From an uncultured bacterium (GTDB lineage: Bacteria; Krumholzibacteriota; Krumholzibacteriia; Krumholzibacteriales; Krumholzibacteriaceae), in contig CBDUYR010000006.1 in the NCBI GenBank assembly GCA_965371515.1, positions 1 through 64,000 on the forward strand: a DNA stretch of 64,000 bases, written 5' to 3'. The stretch's first letter is position 1, and every line of letters begins with the position of its first letter. Of this stretch, positions 58,562 to 64,000 are shown piece after piece. A model generated the notes under the pieces. It was given only the letters and a program-made list of their open reading frames with translations, was not told where the DNA came from and did not search any database. The position numbers and the translations under genes are program-made.

Positions 58562-58614
58562 GACCGCTCCAAGTCATTGAGTTTCAGCAAGTCCTGATCA
58601 GTGAATAATCGGAG

Positions 58615-58643
58615 AGTATAAAGAAGCACTATGGCAGTGTCAA
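58615..58643 (-). promoter_or_regulatory. Near-consensus sigma70 promoter of the ATP synthase operon
   Basis: TTGACA-N17-TATACT; -35 box overlaps the stop codon of the upstream gene. Confidence 0.8.
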
Positions 58644-59776
58644 CCGGCTAAAGGGGCCGTTGCCGGCCCTTTTCGCACCAGTTCTTCGATTACCGAGTCA
58701 TATTCGCCCGCCATGATACTCCAGTCGAAGCGGCGGACATGTTCGCGCAGGGCCGGAGCGGGGCGAATAGATCGATCCTCCAGGATACCGCGGAGTCTGG
58801 CAGTCATGTCTTCCTGGTCGTTGTAGACGTAAACGGGATTAAGATCCTCGGGAACGTGTCCCGGGAAGGCCAGCCTGCCGGGAAGAAGGGGATAGCACCC
58901 GCAGCAGATCGCCTGGACAGTGCTCGCTCCGAAGAAGTCGTGGTTCGAGGTCACCGGCAGGATGTCGGCCCTCCAGAGCCAGCTGGCGTACTCGGCGAAG
59001 TCCGCAGCGAAGCCGAACTGAACGATTCTCTTTCCGAGCCGCTGTTTTGCTTCATCGAATACCGGCGGATATTTCGAGAACGATTCGCCGAGAACGGCGA
59101 CCTCGAACTCAAGGCCTTCATCCGCGAGAACGAATAGTGCTTCGAAGAAATCTTCAGGGTTCTTGTCGTACTCCCAGCGGTGATTCCAGAGGATCAGGGG
59201 AAGCGCGTTCTCTCCACCTGCCATCCTGTGACTGTCCAGAGCCGTGAGGTCGACACCGAGCGAAAGGACCGAACTCTTCTCCCTTATCTTCTCTATCGAT
59301 CCTTCCTCGTTATGATCGGGAAACGCATCGATGAATCCCGGCAGCTCGGATAGAAAGGAATCCATGTGATACTGCGAGTTGAACAGTACCGCGTCGGCGA
59401 CAAGCGCCGATGTGTAGTTGATGAATCCGTAGTGGACGTCGCGCTCGAGGCCGGGATCGGGATCACCGTCAGACCATGGATACGACAACTGGTTCTCGTG
59501 GAAGTAGATCGCGACAGGGGTCCCTGACGTCTTTTCCTTCGTAAGTGCGAGAAAGGTCGTCAGGTCGAGCATGTCGGTGGCGAGGATCAGATCGGGGGCG
59601 TGCCCCTCCTCGAGAAAGCGCCGTGCGAGAGTCACCGCCCCGCCGTGCATCCTCCACTTCCAGTGTCGGCCCTCAAGCCCGAGGATCTCGACCTCGTGCG
59701 CCGAGTACTTTGCGTACTCTCGCGCCCAGGCTTCATGAGAGCCGGTCAGAAAAGGTTCGACGATCAGGATCCTCAT
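58640..59776 (-). CDS. DUF3524/GT4 glycosyltransferase, homologue of GTDC1/QTMAN (tRNA-queuosine mannosyltransferase)
   Basis: EPFLTGSH, WKWRMHGGA, YFHENQLSYP, WNHRWEYDKNP. Confidence 0.85.
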   Translation of the reverse strand: MRILIVEPFLTGSHEAWAREYAKYSAHEVEILGLEGRHWKWRMHGGAVTLARRFLEEGHAPDLILATDMLDLTTFLALTKEKTSGTPVAIYFHENQLSYPWSDGDPDPGLERDVHYGFINYTSALVADAVLFNSQYHMDSFLSELPGFIDAFPDHNEEGSIEKIREKSSVLSLGVDLTALDSHRMAGGENALPLILWNHRWEYDKNPEDFFEALFVLADEGLEFEVAVLGESFSKYPPVFDEAKQRLGKRIVQFGFAADFAEYASWLWRADILPVTSNHDFFGASTVQAICCGCYPLLPGRLAFPGHVPEDLNPVYVYNDQEDMTARLRGILEDRSIRPAPALREHVRRFDWSIMAGEYDSVIEELVRKGPATAPLAG

Positions 59777-59780
59777 TATC

Positions 59781-60248
59781 CTACTTCATCAGCTCCTTCA
59801 GGTCGGCCAGGACCTCGGACGAATGCTCGGGCGGCTTCACCTTCGGGTATACCTTCGCGACCTTCCCCTTCGGATCGATAAGGTACGAGATCCTTACGAT
59901 CCCCATATACTCGCGGCCGGCCATCTTCTTTTTCTGCCAGGCGCCGTACTTCTGTATCATCCCGGTACTCTCGTCAGATAGCAGTGTGAACGGCAGCGAG
60001 TGTTTGTCGGCGAAGTTGCGGTGGCTCTTGACCGAGTCCTTGCTCACGCCGAGTACGACGGCGCCGAGTTTCCTGAACGCGGACCAGTCGTCGCGTATCG
60101 CGCAGGCCTCCTTCGTGCACCCCGAGGTGTTATCCTTCGGGTAGAAGTAGACGAGCACCCACTTGTCCGCGTAATCGGAGAGCCTGTGTTTCTTTCCGTC
60201 CTGATCCGGCAAATTGAACGCCGGCGCCTTCTTGCCGACCTCGAGCAT
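59781..60248 (-). CDS. bcp: Peroxiredoxin BCP/PrxQ
   Basis: YFYPKDNTSGCTKEAC; SD GGAGG. Confidence 0.95.
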   Translation of the reverse strand: MLEVGKKAPAFNLPDQDGKKHRLSDYADKWVLVYFYPKDNTSGCTKEACAIRDDWSAFRKLGAVVLGVSKDSVKSHRNFADKHSLPFTLLSDESTGMIQKYGAWQKKKMAGREYMGIVRISYLIDPKGKVAKVYPKVKPPEHSSEVLADLKELMK

Positions 60249-60262
60249 TGTCTTTCCTCCTT

Positions 60263-60616
60263 CTATACGTCTTTTCTCGTAAACACTTCGCTCCTGCCAC
60301 CGGGTTCCTCCCCACCCATCGGAACGACGTGTATGTGAGCGTGCATCACAGTCTGGCCCGAAGACCTGCCGATGTTTATCCCTATCCTGTACCCGCCGGG
60401 AGAATATTTTTCGTCCAGGCTGCCCTTCGTTTTCTTTATCAGATCGAAACATGCCGCGACCTCTTCTTCGGTAAGATCGAAGAAAGATGCGATGTGCCGC
60501 TTCGGGATGACCAGCGTATGCCCCGGCCGGACGGGGTACTTGTCGGGAATCGCACGAGCCAGTTCGTTCTCGAACAGGATCTTATCCGGCGAGCAGAACG
60601 GGCAGCCTCTTTCCAT
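60263..60616 (-). CDS. HIT family hydrolase
   Basis: CPFC, PGHTLVIPKRH, GQTVMHAHIH. Confidence 0.92.
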   Translation of the reverse strand: MERGCPFCSPDKILFENELARAIPDKYPVRPGHTLVIPKRHIASFFDLTEEEVAACFDLIKKTKGSLDEKYSPGGYRIGINIGRSSGQTVMHAHIHVVPMGGEEPGGRSEVFTRKDV

Positions 60617-61350
60617 TACCGGATCACCACCGAGGCCTCGCCGTCGAACGGATTCATCCGAACGGCGAGAGAGAACAGGTATGGATACCTGTTCTTGAGG
60701 TGTTTCATGTACTTGATCCACTCTACGAGCAGACTCGAACGGGCCCTGCGGATGTCGCCCTTCAGATGCTGGATATCCTTCTCCGGAAGATCCTCGAATC
60801 CCGGTCTGTTCTCGAGCTCCTCGGCGAGGTGAAGCAGCGCCCACAGCAGATCGGTGAACGTCTCGTGCTCGAGAAGGTTCTGGTTCTGCAGCAGAGCCAG
60901 AAGAAACGATTTCTTCGACAATAGCAATTCTGAGAGCTCGACAAGGTCCTCTGGCCCGACCTGCGGTTCGAATCCCGACGTGGAGAGCTCAGCGACCAGC
61001 CCGTCGAACCTGCTGTCCGGCCATTTCGCCGACAGCATCAGCTTTTCATCCGGCATCGATGTATCCAGCCTGGAGAATATCCTCAGCAACTTCGTCCCCA
61101 CTTCGGTGTAAAACGCCCCGATCACCATGTTGAGCTTCTTCATCATCGCACGCTTCTCCCTGTAGGAAAGAGCGCTGTGTATGATGAGCGTCACGATAAG
61201 GACCTCGATCGGGACAAAGGCAAGATCGTGAAGCATGAACAGGAAAATATGGTGCTTGTCGTGAAAGACAGCGTAATGCAGAAGATAGAGAGCCGCCGAC
61301 AGCACTATCAGAAACAGCCCGAGGAATATCTGCCACCGGTACTTCTTCAA
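60616..61350 (-). CDS. Conserved hypothetical membrane protein
   Basis: Two N-terminal TM segments; [34 protein letters not shown]. Confidence 0.75.
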   Translation of the reverse strand: MKKYRWQIFLGLFLIVLSAALYLLHYAVFHDKHHIFLFMLHDLAFVPIEVLIVTLIIHSALSYREKRAMMKKLNMVIGAFYTEVGTKLLRIFSRLDTSMPDEKLMLSAKWPDSRFDGLVAELSTSGFEPQVGPEDLVELSELLLSKKSFLLALLQNQNLLEHETFTDLLWALLHLAEELENRPGFEDLPEKDIQHLKGDIRRARSSLLVEWIKYMKHLKNRYPYLFSLAVRMNPFDGEASVVIR

Positions 61351-63407
61351 TCTTTTCTCCTCTCGATCTCTTCGAGTCGTTTTTTCATGTCGGCCATTCC
61401 GACGGCCGGCGCGGCGCATCGGAAGTTCTCGCATATGTACGCCGTCGGCTTCCCGTCTACAGCAGTCATACCCTCGAGCATCGGGGCGATCGCGGTGATC
61501 TCACTCGCTCCCTCTCCCACAGGCCTGAAGAGCGTCACCGATCTCGGCATGAAGCGTTCGGCCAGCATGCGGATCATTGATTCCGTATCGTTCGTGCTGC
61601 GCTCGCCGGCGATCACGTACTCCCTGCCGGGACCCAGTGCGAAGTCGAGGGCGATCAGCACCTGCGTATAGGCTGTCGGTGACCCGGAGACCGGCCCCGA
61701 AAACTCCTCGAGAAGGGCGTCCGCGACCGATTCCAGATCGGTCCTGCCCGTCATCCTTCCGAGCCTCAGGAGACAGAGCGCAGCGACCGAGTTTCCAGAT
61801 GGGACGGCGCCGTCGTAAATTTCCTTCGTTCTCACGATGAGCTTTTCCGCGTCGCTGCCGGTGAAGAAGAATCCGCCTTTTTCATCGTCGCTGTCGCTGA
61901 AGAGTTCGATCATCCCGCCGGCCAGCACCAGTGCTTCGGACAGCCACTTAGCCTCGAATGTCGCCTCGTACAGCTCTATCAGTCCCCATATGAGAAAGGC
62001 ATAGTCGTCGAGATATCCCGGGATGGCCGATTCCCCGTCTCTGTAACGATGCAGCAGCCTGCCCTCGGAGGTCCGCATCCCGCCGAGAATAAAATCGGCC
62101 GCCTTCGCCGCCGCCTCAGCGTAATCGGTCTGGCCTGTGACCCGCGCTCCCCTCGCCAGCGCGGCGATCATCAGCCCGTTCCAGTCGGCAAGGACCTTGT
62201 CGTCGAGCATCGGCCGAGGCCTCTTCGAGCGGATCTCGAGAAGCTTCGCCCGCATCTCGCCGAGCGATTCCTCGCCGGTTTCTACTTCGCTCGCTATATG
62301 CAATACGTTCTTCCCCTCGAAGTTGCCGTTGCCGGTGACGCCGTACCGCATGCAGAAGATCTTCCCGTCCTCCTTCCCGAGCGCCTCCATGATCTCCTGC
62401 TTCGTCCAGACGTAGAAGGTTCCCTCTTCGCCCTCGCTGTCTGCATCCTCCGCAGAGTAGAAACCAGCCTCCGGTGAGGTCAGGTCACGAAGCACGTACG
62501 CAAATATCTCCTCCGCTACGGCGCCGTAGAATCTGTTCCCCGTCGCCTGCTGTGTCTCGAGATACGCCATGGCGAGCATCGCCTGGTCGTAGAGCATCTT
62601 CTCGAAGTGGGGCACGAGCCACATCGCGTCGGTCGAATACCTGTGGAATCCCTTCCCGAGATGATCGTATATACCGCCGCCGTACATCTTCCTCAGGGTA
62701 GTCCCGACGATGTCGAGCGCCTTCTCATCGCCCGTCCTCTCCCAATACCTTAAAAGCAGAGACAGCTGGTGCGGCGTGGGAAACTTCGGCGCTCCGCCGA
62801 AACCGCCGTGGACCTCGTCGTATGAAGCCTCGAGTCTTGAGTATGCCGTCGCGAGAGTCTTCTCCGAGAGATTCTTCTCGTCGCCGGTGAACGAGAAGCT
62901 CTCCAGCGCCGCCGCCGCGTTGTCGCCTATGTTCTCGAGCCTCTCTCGGTCGTTCTTCCACAGCGACGCCATGTGGGGAACAAGTTCGAGCATACCGGGC
63001 CGGCCGTACTTCGATCTCTTCGAGAAATATGTACCCGCGAAGAAGGGCTTTCCCCCGGGGGTCATGAATACCGTCAGCGGCCATCCCCCCGAACCGGTCA
63101 TCGCCTGGCAGACCTTCATGTAGATGTTGTCGATGTCGGGGCGTTCCTCGCGGTCGACCTTAATGGAAATAAAATCCTCATTGAGCAGACGGGCTACCGT
63201 CTCGTCCTCGAACGACTCGTGCTCCATCACGTGGCACCAGTGGCATGACGAGTACCCGATCGAGAGGAAGATCGGTTTGTTCTGCTCCCTGGCCGCGGCG
63301 AAGGCCTCGTCTCCCCACGGGTACCAGTCGACCGGATTGTCGGCGTGCTGAAGAAGATAAGGACTCTTTTCACCGGCCAGCCTGTTCCTGCCGGGGCTGT
63401 CTTTCAT
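61347..63407 (-). CDS. YyaL/SPATA20-like thioredoxin + alpha/alpha-barrel protein
   Basis: [41 protein letters not shown]. Confidence 0.95.
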   Translation of the reverse strand: MKDSPGRNRLAGEKSPYLLQHADNPVDWYPWGDEAFAAAREQNKPIFLSIGYSSCHWCHVMEHESFEDETVARLLNEDFISIKVDREERPDIDNIYMKVCQAMTGSGGWPLTVFMTPGGKPFFAGTYFSKRSKYGRPGMLELVPHMASLWKNDRERLENIGDNAAAALESFSFTGDEKNLSEKTLATAYSRLEASYDEVHGGFGGAPKFPTPHQLSLLLRYWERTGDEKALDIVGTTLRKMYGGGIYDHLGKGFHRYSTDAMWLVPHFEKMLYDQAMLAMAYLETQQATGNRFYGAVAEEIFAYVLRDLTSPEAGFYSAEDADSEGEEGTFYVWTKQEIMEALGKEDGKIFCMRYGVTGNGNFEGKNVLHIASEVETGEESLGEMRAKLLEIRSKRPRPMLDDKVLADWNGLMIAALARGARVTGQTDYAEAAAKAADFILGGMRTSEGRLLHRYRDGESAIPGYLDDYAFLIWGLIELYEATFEAKWLSEALVLAGGMIELFSDSDDEKGGFFFTGSDAEKLIVRTKEIYDGAVPSGNSVAALCLLRLGRMTGRTDLESVADALLEEFSGPVSGSPTAYTQVLIALDFALGPGREYVIAGERSTNDTESMIRMLAERFMPRSVTLFRPVGEGASEITAIAPMLEGMTAVDGKPTAYICENFRCAAPAVGMADMKKRLEEIERRKD

Positions 63408-63422
63408 ATGCGGATCTTCCCT

Positions 63423-64000
63423 TCAGAGCCCGTCGAAATCGGCTCCCCTGATCACCCTGCCCGCTCCGAGTCTCACGTAGCGGTCGCCGTAACGTTCCAT
63501 AAAATACTCGATGCTCTCGTCGCCGGTGCAGTGCGAGGCACCGCAGTACCTGACCCCGTTCTTCTCGAACACGGAGACTATTTCGTCCAATCTCGTCTTC
63601 TCCGCACCTCGCAGATGGAACCCTCCCATAACAAACAGGGCATTCTCTCCCGTCACATCAACGGCCTTTTCCATGATCCTGTCTATTCCCGGATGGGCGC
63701 ATCCGGCGATGACAACGGCACCGCTATCTGTGACAAGCGCGAGTGACTGTTCCCTTACGGGGCCGGCCATATCGCCGGTCGAGTACACGCCGGGAATGAT
63801 CTCCACCGAACCCTTCACCTCTATGAGGCCGGAACATTTTCCCTTCACGCCCTCCTTGAACTCCTTCGAGAACGATGCGGGGATGTATACTTCCACTTCG
63901 GGGTTCTTCTCGAGGAATGCATCGAGGCCGCCGATGTGATCCCAGTGCTCGTGCGAGATCACGACGATTTCTATATCGGACGGTGAAATGCCGGCCTCCG
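63423..64000 (-). CDS. MBL-fold metallo-hydrolase (5' end outside the window)
   Basis: SHEHWDHIGG, GCAHPG, GGFHL, SHCTG. Confidence 0.9.
   Translation of the reverse strand, partial: EAGISPSDIEIVVISHEHWDHIGGLDAFLEKNPEVEVYIPASFSKEFKEGVKGKCSGLIEVKGSVEIIPGVYSTGDMAGPVREQSLALVTDSGAVVIAGCAHPGIDRIMEKAVDVTGENALFVMGGFHLRGAEKTRLDEIVSVFEKNGVRYCGASHCTGDESIEYFMERYGDRYVRLGAGRVIRGADFDGL

Overview
64 kb of GC-rich chromosome from a diderm, probably anaerobic bacterium. The evidence is TonB/ExbBD, outer-membrane beta-barrels, sigma70 and sigma54 promoter motifs, and secreted proteins ending in a PNPFNP/FlgD-Ig sorting domain. These suggest an FCB-group lineage such as Krumholzibacteriota/Latescibacterota (inference only). 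Main content: a secreted S8 protease; a glnA-gatE-gatD-flippase operon; menA-like and housekeeping genes; dsbD; a MaoC/AAC(3) cluster; TonB-ExbBD; an AT-rich lipoprotein islet; an ion-transport cluster with an anaerobic sulfatase maturase; bioY; a complete A/V-type ATP synthase operon; and a redox/thioredoxin cluster. I saw no rRNA, tRNA, CRISPR array or intact mobile element. Highlights: (1) an unannotated 26-aa peptide gene (MLHFTSIAMIIALMIAGKSVWGKSVW, 11306-11386) with its own enhancer-like palindromes, sigma54-type promoter, SD and terminator, a candidate signalling peptide; (2) the archaeal-signature Gln-tRNA amidotransferase GatDE in a bacterium, in an operon with glutamine synthetase; (3) glnA appears to start at ATT, and two other genes also lack a canonical start codon; (4) an AT-rich candidate lipoprotein-toxin/immunity pair; (5) a PPIase-less trigger-factor paralogue next to a sulfatase maturase, and a minimal activase/Fe-S protein pair. 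All functional calls come from motif recognition by eye; no database searches were run.
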